Origin: Octopus vulgaris
Taxonomy: Eukaryota
Assembly: GCA_951406725.2 (NCBI GenBank)
Contig: OX597823.1
Span: forward strand, 116,746,001 to 116,810,000
Reading direction: 5' to 3'
DNA: 64,000 bases
Below, in pieces: positions 12,008 through 23,704 of the stretch (its first letter is position 1; each line of letters opens with the position of its first letter). The notes under the pieces are model-generated. The model was not told the origin of the DNA and searched no databases. It saw nothing but the letters and a program-made list of their open reading frames with translations. A program made the translations under genes and the position numbers.

Positions 12008-13576
12008 CAATAAACGTGTTATTCAAGGCCTCGATGTCAACAAGGGTCACGGCCCTGACGGCATACACCCACGGGTTATCAAAGCGTTGGCTCCGGTCAT
12101 CTGCGAGCCCTTAACACGACTATTCAATATGTCATTGGCGACGGGTGTTATACCTGCAGACTGGAGAACAGCGATAATCTGCCCAATTTTCAAGAAAGGG
12201 AGCCGCGAAGACCCGCTTAACTACCGACCAGTTTCCCTTACATCAATAATCAGCAAGATGTTCGAAACCATCCTTAAGAAAAGTATGATGCTCCACCTCC
12301 TAAACACAGCCCGATCACTGATTCTCAACACGGCTTCGTGCCGAAGAGATCATGCTTGACCAACTTACTAGTAATGGAAGAATTGGTGACGCGCATCCTC
12401 GATGATAGTGATGCTGTTGACATCGTTTTATTGGACTTTGCCAAAGCTTTTGACTCGGTAAACCACCGCCTACTACTTGTCAAGCTTCAAGCATATAGTT
12501 TCCATCCGGATATTGTACGATGGGTTGGTGCCTTCCTCTCAGATTGCTCCTTCCAAGTTCAAGTTAATGGTTCGCGGTCCGACGTCTCCAGTGCGAGCAG
12601 TGGCGTGCCTCAAGGTTCAGTGCTTGGGCCCTTGTTGTTCTTAGTCTTCATAAATGACTTGCCCGACGACCTCACGCAACACACCCTTCTATTTGCTGAC
12701 GATATCAAACTGGTCGCTCCTCGCGGTAGTATAGAGGATCTTCGTCGATGCCTCCACCAAATTTGGAAGTGGTCTAACGATTGGGACCTGTGTCTGAACG
12801 TGTCAAAGTGCTGTCATCTGCCTGTCGGCTCTACTCCTGCAACTCAACTTGATTTCGAGCCGGGTCGTCTGCTGCTGGAGAGGACCAATCAGGTAAAGGA
12901 CCTGGGTATCTTGGTGGATTCCTCCTTTTCGCCTTCAGCCCAGTGCGTCCATGCTGCCAACAAAGCGCGCGGAATTCTGTTTTTGATTCGACAGTCATTC
13001 GGAATGCTCACAGCAGCCATATTCCTGCCACTCTATGTCACGCTGGTGAGACCCATATTGGAGTATGGGATTCAAGCCTCTTCTCCTTATCTCCTCAAAG
13101 ACATACAGCACCTCGAAAGAGTCCAGAGGCTGGCTACCCGCATGGTTCATGGTCTCAAAAATTTGTCCTACGAAGAAAGGCTGAGGACGCTCGACCTTTA
13201 TTCTCTTGAAAAACGCCACCGCCGTGGTGGTCTCATTCTCGCCCACAACTTCATAAGCGGGAAGTGTAACCTCTCGAAAGAGCTGTTCTTCACTCCTGCT
13301 CCGGAGCGTCGGCTGCGGGGTCATTCCGAAAAGCTCTACCTGCGACGATTTCATCTCAATCGAAGGAGAGGAGCTTTCTCCGTCCGGGTTGCGGATCCGT
13401 GGAACAAGCTGCCAGACGAGATGGTGAAGATGCCGACGACCGCTTTGTTCAAAGCCTCCCTGGACCTCAAGTGGCCTGAACTCTTTACATGAACACCACC
13501 CTGTACTTAACTCCATGTCCCCCTACATGGCCTTGCTATTTGCTTTTGAGCCAAATTAACTAATTAACTAACTAAC
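12008..13576 (+). mobile_element. 5'-truncated CR1-group LINE with near-intact reverse transcriptase and one frameshift (~12312)
   Basis: [63 protein letters not shown]; stop at 13492; (AACT)-type tail. Confidence 0.95.
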
Positions 13577-13577
13577 A

Positions 13578-13631
<54 letters not shown>

Positions 13632-13638
<7 letters not shown>

Positions 13639-13952
13639 ATATTTCGGAATGGTCATTTTGCCAGTTTAGCCAAAAAACACACACCCACTATATATTTGGT
13701 GTTATTTTGCTTCATTGTTATTTATTTTTTATATTAATCTTAATCTTATTTCGGCCAGAGTTCTTTCGTCACACTCCTGTGACCGCATCAGATTAATGTA
13801 AAAAATAAATAACAATGAAGTAAAATAACACCAAATATATAGTGCGTGTGTTTTTATTGGCTAAACTGGCAAAATGACCATTCCGAAATATAACAATATC
13901 TGTTTCAACACACGACTTCACATAAAAAATCTTGCACAACAAATATTTAAAC
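13632..13952. mobile_element. Hairpin insertion with ~95-bp inverted arms plus a one-sided extension (Penelope-like)
   Basis: TTGTTATATTTCGGAATGGTCATTTTGCC.. mirrored at ..GGCAAAATGACCATTCCGAAATATAACAA; lies within (TA)n. Confidence 0.6.
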
Positions 13953-14002
<50 letters not shown>

Positions 14003-14679
14003 TATGATTTGACTCTTGTCTGCATGTGTATAGATCATAGTGCACATATGGATGTAGACATGTGTGGGTGCATACATGCATACATAAATACATACATAGA
14101 TATGCGAGTGTGTGTGTGTGTGTGTGTGTACAGTGATGGATTCGAGGGTTTCCTATATTTATGACTTGATTTCTTAATTTCACCAGACTATTAATGTCTA
14201 TAATGGTAATACTTTAAAAAATAAGTAATAATTTTTAAGAAATTGAACTTACAAATTTCTCAGTAGGCAAGTGGTCATATTATTTATATTCTGCAAGAAA
14301 TTACAGTGCTTTTGATTTGTCTGCCATCATTGAAAGAATTTGAAATTCTAAGCAATATTTTCATTTTGTTCACTTTTAAGTATTTCATATTGTTCACTTT
14401 CTTTTTTCTAATCATGATTATTATTTGAATAATCATTTATTTAGTCATATGCAAATATTACTCTTATGCATTTGGCATTAACATCGATCAAGTCTACTGT
14501 TAGCTGTCATATGCGTAGGCTTCTAATCCTCTTTTAGACAAACACTTACAAAGCTTAATTCAGTTCAATTAAAAAGCATGGGTAAGCAACGCATTGTAAG
14601 CCACACTATAGGTTCCGGAAAAGTTTATCTGTATGCGGGTTATGCATCACCCCTCCAATGCCTTTTTTCTTTCCTTAAA

Positions 14680-14850
14680 TGTCTGTTTTCCATACTGTCA
14701 TGGGTTGGACAGTTTGACTGGAGCTGTTAGGGCTGGGGGGACACAGCACATTCCATTGTCTGCTTTGGCATGATTTATACTGCTCGATGCCCTTCTAACA
14801 CCAACCACTTTACAGTGTGGACAATGTGTTTTCACATGGCAGCAGCACAA
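14680..14850 (-). mobile_element. RTE-like 3'UTR fragment
   Basis: CATGGGTTGGAC..GATGCCCTTCTAACACCAACCAC, the reverse complement of the RTE tail. Confidence 0.6.
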
Positions 14851-14854
14851 GTGC

Positions 14855-14936
<82 letters not shown>

Positions 14937-14955
14937 TATATATATATATATACAT

Positions 14956-15013
<58 letters not shown>

Positions 15014-15017
15014 ACAA

Positions 15018-15065
<48 letters not shown>

Positions 15066-15099
15066 TATATAAAAAAAATATATATATATATATACATAC

Positions 15100-15139
<40 letters not shown>

Positions 15140-15199
15140 ATATATATATATATACATACTCATATATATATATATATACATATATATACATACACACAC

Positions 15200-15234
<35 letters not shown>

Positions 15235-15304
15235 TATATATATTGGAATAATTTTTTGTCTCGAGAGACAATGGAGTTGCGCATAAAATAATCTAGTCCA
15301 GCTT

Positions 15305-15335
<31 letters not shown>

Positions 15336-15420
15336 CCATCATTTAACGTCCGCTTTCCAAACTAGCATGGGTTGGACGATTTGACTGAGTACTAGTGAAC
15401 CAGATGGCTGCACCAGGCTT
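15305..15420 (-). mobile_element. RTE 3' terminal fragment with (GAT)n tail
   Basis: (ATC)n then TTTAACGTCCGCTTTCC..GCATGGGTTGGACG. Confidence 0.8.
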
Positions 15421-15559
15421 ATACATGTGTGTGTGTGTGTGTGTATTTTTTAATTTCTTTAATTTGTTTCAGCCATTTGGCTTTGTTCATGCTGGAGCAC
15501 CATCATACCTTTGTACCATTTCCACAGCCCTTTTACTTGGTTTATTTATTATGGATGGT

Positions 15560-15725
15560 GGGATTTCATATCACCATTCTTGTATGTTCTTTTTTCCTGG
15601 TTGTTGCCACATAAAAAAAGCTGCCCTCATTTGTCCTTCATGCCAGGATGTCACTTCATATGGTGTCATGAAGAGAAAAGTGTCCAATTTCTTTTTGAAG
15701 ATGTCCACATTATGTAGGTTTCTTA
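15560..15725 (-). mobile_element. CR1-like LINE 3' end relic
   Basis: NVDIFKKKLDTFLFMTPYEVTSWHEGQMRAA resembles the CR1 C-terminus FKxxLDxFLxxxPDEP. Confidence 0.5.
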
Positions 15726-16123
15726 ATACACACACACACACAAACACAAATGTATACCCAAATTTAACTGATATATATGTATGTGTATTACTGAACAGTT
15801 GGTTCAAAAATAGTTTGCTTATGACACTCTTACATATTCCAATGAAGGTTATGAATCCAAATCATATAATCTTCACTGGATATATTCATTAAATATCTTT
15901 ATATGATCAGAGCTTATCTTTTTGGTTTTTCTCTTATATATATAATTGAAAAGACACTGAAAATAAAATGAAAATATAAACAAAAAAAAATATATAATTA
16001 AATAGTTCCACTTAGTGTCACAAAATATAATGTGGCTTTAGAGTTAATTACTATAGAAGGTAAACCTATTTTTAATGCCATAACACTAGCCAATTGATAG
16101 CTATATCGGTATTGTGCTCAAAA

Positions 16124-16354
16124 GGCGGCGAGCTGGCAGAACCGTTAGCATGCCAGGTGAAATGCATAGCCATATTTCATCTGCTGTTACATTCTGAGTT
16201 CAAATTCTGCTGAGGTCGACTTTGCATTTCATTCTTTCGGAGTCGATAAATAAAGTACTAGTTACACACTGGGGTCGATGTAATCGACTTAATCCGTTTG
16301 TCTGTCTTTGTTTGTCCCCTCTATGTTTAGCCCCTTGTGGGTAATAAAGAAATA
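16124..16354 (+). mobile_element. tRNA-derived SINE family A, full length
   Basis: GGCGGCGAGCTGGCAGAA head, GAGTTCAAAT B-box, AATAAAGAAAT tail; ~20-bp TSD at 16102-16121 and 16355-16374 with 2 mismatches. Confidence 0.9.
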
Positions 16355-16556
16355 TATATCTGTATTTTGCTCAATTGAAAATTTGTGATATTTTTATGTC
16401 ATTAAAAAAACCTCCATGACCAGAATTTTCTGCTTAACATATAAACAAATTCACACAAATTTACAAATATATGTTCTCTCCTAAGATATGCAGACACTTA
16501 TAAAAATACATGGGTAGAGAACTATATAGGCATATACATACTTATCTATGTACCTA

Positions 16557-16965
16557 TTCTTTTATTCTTATGCTTCTTTCAGTCATTTGGCTGTGGTCAT
16601 GCTGGAGCACTGCTTTTAGTCGAGCAAATCAACCCCAGGACTTATTCTTTATAAGCCTTGTACTTATTCTATTGGTCTCTTTTGCCAAACCGCTAAGTTA
16701 CAGGGACGTAAACACACCAGCATTGGTTGTCAAGCGATGTTGGGGGGGGACAAACATAAACACACAAACATATACACACATGCACACCCACACACACATA
16801 TATGACAGGTTTCTTTCAGTTTCCGTCTACCAAATCCACTCACAAGACCTTAGTCAGCCCAATGCTATAGTGGAAGACACTTGCCGAAGGTGCCACACAG
16901 TAGGACTGAACCTAGAACCATGTAGTTGGTAAGCAAGCTACTTAGCACACAGCCACTCCTGCGCC
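16557..16965 (-). mobile_element. tRNA-derived SINE family B (internal CA/TA microsatellite)
   Basis: Homologous to 22311-22752, 52376-52837 and 58375-58775. Confidence 0.9.
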
Positions 16966-17081
16966 AATATACCTACACACATGTCTATATGCATAGTGAT
17001 TTTTACAGAGACATCCATATGCATACATACTTGCGCACACACGCACACACACACACACACACACACAGGTATTCACACAAA

Positions 17082-17311
17082 GGCGGTGAGCTGGCAGAAA
17101 TGTTAGCACGCCGGGCGAAATGCTTAGCGGTATTTCGTCTGCCATTATGTTCTGAGTTCAAATTCCGCCACGGTCGACTTTGCCTTTCATCCTTTCGGAG
17201 TCGATTAAATAAATACCAGTTACTCACTGGGGTCGATATAATCGACTTAATCCGTGTGTCTGACCTTTTTTGTCCCCTCTATGTTTAACCCCTTGTGGGT
17301 AGTAAAGAAAT
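17082..17311 (+). mobile_element. SINE family A, full length
   Basis: Perfect 13-bp TSD AGGTATTCACACA at 17067-17079 and 17312-17324. Confidence 0.92.
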
Positions 17312-17662
17312 AGGTATTCACACATATATAGAGGCATGTATACTAACTACATATATGTACAGATATGTATATATGACGGACTCTCCTGTCAATTTCAATG
17401 TATGATGGTCCGTCAATCTACATTTTCTTTGTTATAATGCTTGTTGAATGTGACATTTGATTCCTGCCAACGATTAGCAAAGAAGTCCACAGACGTTACA
17501 AGTTTGAGGATTATGAGTCAATGCAGCCCCTTTTCTCCTGTGCCTTGCACCCCTAAACCTGTTAATGCTGGTTAAAAGAAAGGCTCATATACCATTTTGA
17601 CATGATGATCTCCATTTTGTTCCCTCCAAGGCTGTTTGCTCAAAGATGTTGTGAGCTATATT

Positions 17663-17878
17663 CTTTTCTACTCTGGGCACAAGGCCTGACATTTTTGAAG
17701 AGAGGGCCAGTCAATTAAATCGACCCAACTACACAACTGGTACTTATTTTATTAACCCCAAATGGATGAAATGCAAAGTCGACCCCGGCAGAATTTGAAC
17801 TCTGAACGTAAAGACAGACGAAATACTGCTAAGCTTTTCACCTGGCATGCTGATGTTTCTGCCAGTTCTGTGCCTTAT
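17663..17878 (-). mobile_element. SINE family A variant (GGCCTTGTGCC tail)
   Basis: Same head and core with an alternative 3' end; further copies near 35440, 36445, 39947, 44822, 47425 and 62557. Confidence 0.8.
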
Positions 17879-18609
17879 TTTGTGAGCTATTTTGACTACT
17901 GAATATATTTCTGTTTAACATAAATAAACTTACTCAAATTTAAAAGTTTATATAATCTCCTAAGATATGCAAACAAATTTAAAAATATAAATATGCAAAA
18001 AACTACTCATACATCAATGTATAGACACACATACACACACAAGTATATATAGCTAGACATTTTGTTTTCATCAATTTTTGTATGAATATAGACTACAGTC
18101 AATATATATATATATATATAGGCAATATGCATCAGAACCATTTAACATTAATGAGGAGAATAATTTAAGTTGAATAGTAAATAATTCTTTTTGATGGATG
18201 ATAAGGAAATTGTTTTATATCTGTACTTTCAAAATCTTTGAACAATATTTTTCAATGTGGTTTGGTATTTATTTATTCAGTTATTTGTTTTCTTTTTTCT
18301 TTTTTTTTTTACTGTTCGTATTAACTTGTAGTTGACTTATAAAATTTAAACATCTTGAAATTTTTGCGGACACATGAAATTATACTTTCATTCTTTTGAT
18401 TCTGTGTGTTGTTGTCTGCTTAAGTGCTTTCATTGTACAAATTCTACATCCCCTTTCATTACCTTTATATGCTAGAACAGGGGCTATAACACTGAACCAG
18501 AGTGAAATCTTTTCCTGTTGATTTTAAATTTCACATATATTTTGTTAGTTATGTTGTATGTATTAATGTATAATTTTTTTTTATAGTAAATGTTTACTTG
18601 CACAAAGCT

Positions 18610-19740
18610 TGGCATTTTTTAAACATAAATCAGTGTGTAATATTTACTGTTGTAGATTACAATACATATCATGCAACTCCTCCATGAGGCAATGATTAAC
18701 TAGTCTACAGTTACATGAACTTGAATCGTTTTGGGAGTGCCTTTTAAAGCCTACTATATCTTTATTTTTCAAGCAGATATTCGGGTTGTTTCTGATTGAT
18801 GTATTTATGACACTAGCATCATTACTATTGTGTTTATTTTTAGTGCCTTTAGTATTAATATTGTGATTGTTTTTATGTCTATTATTACTAGTTGACATAG
18901 GAAGTCCCATTCAAGGTAAAACTTTTGTGGTAGTATTCTTAATGCCTGAATTTGGATGAGTAAAATTATCATTATTCCAACCCCTATCTTGTATATGGTT
19001 TACAGCACTAAGTGTCAAGCTAGAAATAATTTATATACCTCTATTATTAACCCTTTCACTACCGTATTTATTTTGAGATGTTCTGTGTTTCTTTCAATTG
19101 ATTTAAAATGTAACAAAGAATTTAGTAAAATAACTTAGTTATCATTAAGCTGGTGTTAGGAGCATAAATTGTGACTAAGGTTTGGTGGAAGATTTTAATT
19201 CAAAACTTATGAAAACAAGACATTTATACTACAGAACCAGTGGTGGTTTCAGCCAGGTTGGTATCAAAAGGGTTAAACAGAGTGCTCGAAGGAGAGGATG
19301 TCTGACAGCTATTTTCATTCTTATTCTCAGAATCATTAGCTTTAGACTAAATAGTGCTGTATCTGTTTTGGTCCAGGTTTCCATTATTGTGCAGATGGGT
19401 AAGAGGAGAACTGTGTTCTCTCTTGGGTTAAGATTACACTCAGTCTACATGTTCATTTTAGAGAAAGTGGAAGAGTTCATATCATAAACTGCATTAGGTG
19501 TTGTTGAGTAAGAGAATTTCATTGTAAATTTATTTTAAAGATGCTATAGTATCTATGTCAAGTTGGCTAGTTTACCATTAAGACATCAAAAGAAATTGCT
19601 AGGTATGTTAATTATTTTGTACTTAGATGGTTATACCATAGTACATATCTTTTTCCTAATTTTGTTAGTGTAAGTTTTATCCTTAGTTATTTCCTTGTAG
19701 AATGTTTATTTTATTATTATAATACATAGTCTTTGGCTTG
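18610..19740 (-). mobile_element. Decayed Penelope-like element fragments
   Basis: SCNCRLVNHCLM followed by frameshifted SCMICIVIY resembles the CNCR..CP.G.C..IY motif preceding the Penelope GIY-YIG domain; interrupted by a piggyBac MITE. Confidence 0.5.
19051..19272. mobile_element. piggyBac-type MITE
   Basis: TTAA|CCCTTT ... AAAGGG|TTAA. Confidence 0.85.
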
Positions 19741-20223
19741 TTATCATTCTTGCTACTCCTAACAGGAGAATTATTGATAAAAAAATAATTTAGCATCACC
19801 AACCATGGAATTACTCTTCCAATTTTTCCAAGTACAATATCTATTAAAACTCACCTTAATATCAGATTCAGCACTGATAACAGTTGTTCTACTTCACTTT
19901 GACCCTTAAGGTTATTTATTATCTATTAACTGTCCACCATTCATCTGTCCTACGATCAGTTAATCAGGTTATTATCCTCATATTTATTCTCAAACTATAA
20001 TCAGTAAAATCATTAATGGTCATAAGTTTAGTATTAGTATTAGTACTTTTTATGTATCAGAGCTTTTATTTGTTTCTGTAAAAGTATTGAGGAAGAAGAA
20101 AGTTTGATTTATTTATATTTAGTGTTTGAGATGTGTTTATTATGGCAGTCAAGTTTACTTTTTTATTGAGTGGCATATATGTAATTTTTTTCATTAAAGT
20201 CACTCATTTTTAGCACTTCGTTT

Positions 20224-21612
20224 ATGAGTTTTGTCAATTTTCTTTCCAAGACACTGTGTTAAGTCCATGTTGTACATCCATAGAACAGAACTGACTGCAG
20301 AGCCACCTGAAAGAAATTACATTTCAATTTGGTGAAAACTTAGATTTCCAAACCGTTGATAATTTATTTAAAGCTGGCCAAGCTTTGCTGATTCAGATAT
20401 GAACATCTCTGCAGACAGATTCTTCCTTTGTGGCTTTAATTCCGAGTAAATTCATCAACATTTTTCAACGATTTTCCAGATGTGGAGTTAGAGTTGCCGC
20501 TCTGATTGTACATTATATATTCTGTTTTGGCCGAGTTCACGTTGAGACCAACACCTTTAGCAGTACTTTCAAGGCTGTGCAAGAGAGACTCTGCATCACA
20601 AACTTAATCTCCTAGTAGTGCCAAGTCACAAGCACAGTCAGCATCTGTGATAGTTACAGTTGAAAAGAGCCTGCTTTTGACTGATAGAAGAGTGAATCTT
20701 TCGTCATTCATCTCCTCTACAGAGGTGCATAAACATAATCTAGATATAGATATAGATATATGATAAACAGGTAAGGTGCCAAGGTGTCACACTGGAGGAT
20801 ACCAGCCACTATGTCAAAAAAACTCTCTCTTGCCATCTGAATAACAAACTATAGATTGAGGATTTCTATACAACATCCTGATAGTATTGACAGTTTCCTT
20901 TGGGATACCATATGCAAAACGTATTTCTTCCATTTTTTCCTCTGTGTATCAAGTCAAAGACCCTAGAAAAGTCTACAAATAGGACTGCTTTCAGGTTCCT
21001 CACACAGACTCCTTCAATAACTCTTCGGTCTGTAAGAATCTGGGCAAATGTTGATCCATTTCTTTGAAAGCCATTCTGGCTTTTCCTCAAGATTTTTGTT
21101 CTGTCTCTGGCTGGGTACAGGTGAGTAGCATGGCATTGTAAACTTTGGCAGATATGATGGTGAGAGTAATCCTCCTGTAGTTTTTGGTGACACTGAGATG
21201 ACCTTTTTTTGACATGAGAGCATGCACCCTTTATTCCATTTCTCTATATGGTTTTGATGGTACATAGCATTACAGAGTTGAAGAAGAATATCGTTAAATC
21301 TCCCTATTAACAAAACTTATACAAGAATTATTTGTGCTGCTCTGGACATCTCCTGGATATAAAGCTCTATAAAAAAACTTTTCTATGGTAATTTACCACC
21401 AGTATCACATGTCATCAGAAAAAGAAAAACAAGATTCACTAGACACTGTTGGAGAGCAAAAGATGAGTTCGTTGGTGACACTCTTCTTTGGGAACTGAAA
21501 CATGGGTAGACAAATGTTGGCAGACTACATTGATCCTACATAAAACAATAGGGTGAGTGCACCCAAGAAGACATACCAAGAACAATGGCAGAGAGAATGA
21601 GTACAACCAAAT
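20224..21612. mobile_element. RTE-like LINE relic with inverted 5' segment
   Basis: Minus 21310-20224: QNGFQRNGSTFAQIL..FVDFSRVFDLIHRGK..GCTTWT; plus 21312-21612: YTRIICAALDISW..YGNLPPVS..RFTRHCWRAKDE..LLWE; ATG-type tail. Confidence 0.75.
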
Positions 21613-21629
21613 GATAATGATGCTTTAGC

Positions 21630-21800
21630 ATTTCATTATAATATTGTGTTATCATAGAATATCTGCTCATTTGCTGACAAGTTCAAAATTCTAATTGAAA
21701 TTTTCTTAACTAAGTTATCTTTAATAGATTTAGGATTGTTAGAATGCTCATACACTTTGATCATTGTAACTATGGAGACCAGTAAGAAAGACTGTTTGAC
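21630..21800 (-). mobile_element. Penelope-like RT thumb-region fragment
   Basis: HSNNPKSIKDNLVKKISIRILNLSANEQIF resembles Penelope SNHP..I...ISxRISxLS. Confidence 0.6.
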
Positions 21801-22288
21801 TAAGATGCACAGATTCACTTTGTGGCTTCCTCCTTTACTTACAATGATTCACATGGAGTTCCTAATACTGGGTGTATATTCTGCACCTTAATTACACTAC
21901 ACAAAAGGTATGTATAATATGAGTGTAAAGTAAAAAAACAAACAAAAAGAATGGGATATGAGGAATATAGTAACACACACACACACATATTCACAAACAC
22001 ACACAAACATACATTCACAAACATATACACACATGTACACAAGCCCACTGACAAACTGTTTCTAAGGCAGAACAAGACTGCTTTTGGGCCTTCAAGGTAG
22101 AGGAGGGATCATCTCAAGGTCCATTTGAACTTTAAACTATTAAGTCTGTATAATAACAATAAATGCATAAAACTGGATTCTGGAGTTGCAGTTTTTCTTT
22201 TTTTGGCAGAAAATATGGTTTATTATGATTTGTTTAGACAAAGAGGAGATTTTTTATGTATGATTACAAAATTATAATTGAGTATGAT

Positions 22289-22752
22289 AGGTGTAGGAGT
22301 GGCTGTGTATAGGCGTAGGACTGGTTTTGTATAGGTGTAGGAGTAGCTGTGTGGTAAGTAGCTTGCTTACAAACCACATGATTCTGGGTCCAGTTCCACT
22401 GCGTAGCACTTTGGGTAAGTGTCTTCTACTATAGACTTTGGCCAACCAAAGATTGTGAGTGGATTTGGTAGATGGAAACTGAAAGCAGCTCGTCGTATAT
22501 ATGTATATATATATGTGTGTGTGTGTGCACGCGCGTGTATTTGTTTGTGTGTCTGTGTTTGTCCCACCCCCCCAACATCGCTTGACAACCAATGCTGGTG
22601 TGTTTACGTCCCCCATAACTTAGCGGTTCGGTAAACGAGACCGATGGAATAAGTACTAGGCTTACAAAGTATAAGTCCGGGGGTCGATTTGCTTGACTAA
22701 AGGTGGTGCTCCAGCATGGCCACAGTCAAATGACTGAAACGAGTAAAAGAGT
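22289..22752 (+). mobile_element. SINE family B with triplicated 22-bp 5' head
   Basis: ATAGGYGTAGGAGTGGCTGTGT-like unit x3, then GGTAAGTAGCTTGC..., ending ACTGAAACGAGTAAAAGAGTA. Confidence 0.9.
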
Positions 22753-23621
22753 ATGATGTGTAACGTCAGGCTATCTAAATATAATGATGGGTAAATTTTC
22801 ATAAATGCTTTAATCCTTCGTCTCCTAAATGACCAGGTAACAAAATACTTTATACAGAATATCAATAACCTCAATCAACTAATGAGATGTGCTTTCCTGG
22901 TTTTTGATCTACAAAATTTCTTATAAATCAATTTCTTTGGTAATGTTTGATTCAATACTCGCTCTTGCCAAATTAACACAATGTTTCTGAAAAGTGGTTG
23001 GACCTTAAAAAATCTGTTATTATGACTGAGTTTGTGAAAAAGTTGTTTTTTTTTCTACTAATGCCACTGGGCTGGAATTGTCAACGTTGCAGCTGACACA
23101 AATATTTGGAAATATCTGTAAAAGTATTTTGTTAATCAATAAATTTAACAATTCTGAAAAGTTTCAGTTCTGGTTCACCAAAATTTGTTTTAAAAACTGA
23201 CTGTAAATATTGCATCTCTTTTGCACAATCTTCATCATTAAGATCAGTCGTGTATTAATGCTTCCTTTTTTTTTTGTTTTTGTAGCTTTCTTTCAGACAT
23301 TGTGTGATATTTCTAGAAGCAATTAACATTTTCAGTGAACTACTAAACAATATTAAATTGTATGGTAAATCATACAATAAAATTATCAGTCAAAATTTTA
23401 GATACAGATATTTCAGATTTGTAAATTTTGTAAATTTCAACAAAAAATTGAGGGGACAGAATTATTACTAAAACTAGAGACGTTCATTTCCTTATTAAAG
23501 CACAAAATTCATTGAAAATAAATATAAACCTCACAAAAAGCCTTTTCACCTTTTTTTTAACTCAATTCACTAATTTAAGATGATAGCATCAATTTTTATG
23601 TCAAAGTATAAAGAATAATTA

Positions 23622-23704
23622 AGGACGATGGCTGAGAGGTTAAGGCGTTTGACTTATGTTCCAATGGACATCTGTCCGCATGGGTTCGAACCCCACTCGT
23701 GCTA
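23622..23704 (+). tRNA. tRNA-Leu(TAA)-derived copy with anticodon TAT, probably a pseudogene
   Basis: 83 nt; long variable arm GGACATCTGTCC; GGTTCGAACCCC T-loop; acceptor stem AGGACGA/TCGTGCT with 1 mismatch; anticodon-stem mismatch; anticodon at 23655-23657; T7 run downstream. Confidence 0.85.

Noticed and set aside
12995-13516. 173-aa minus-strand ORF
   Set aside because: Antisense shadow of the CR1 RT
16510-16932. Recurrent peptide VYQIHSQ..IVEDTCPRCHAVGLNLEP in several ORFs
   Set aside because: Antisense translation of SINE family B, not a gene family
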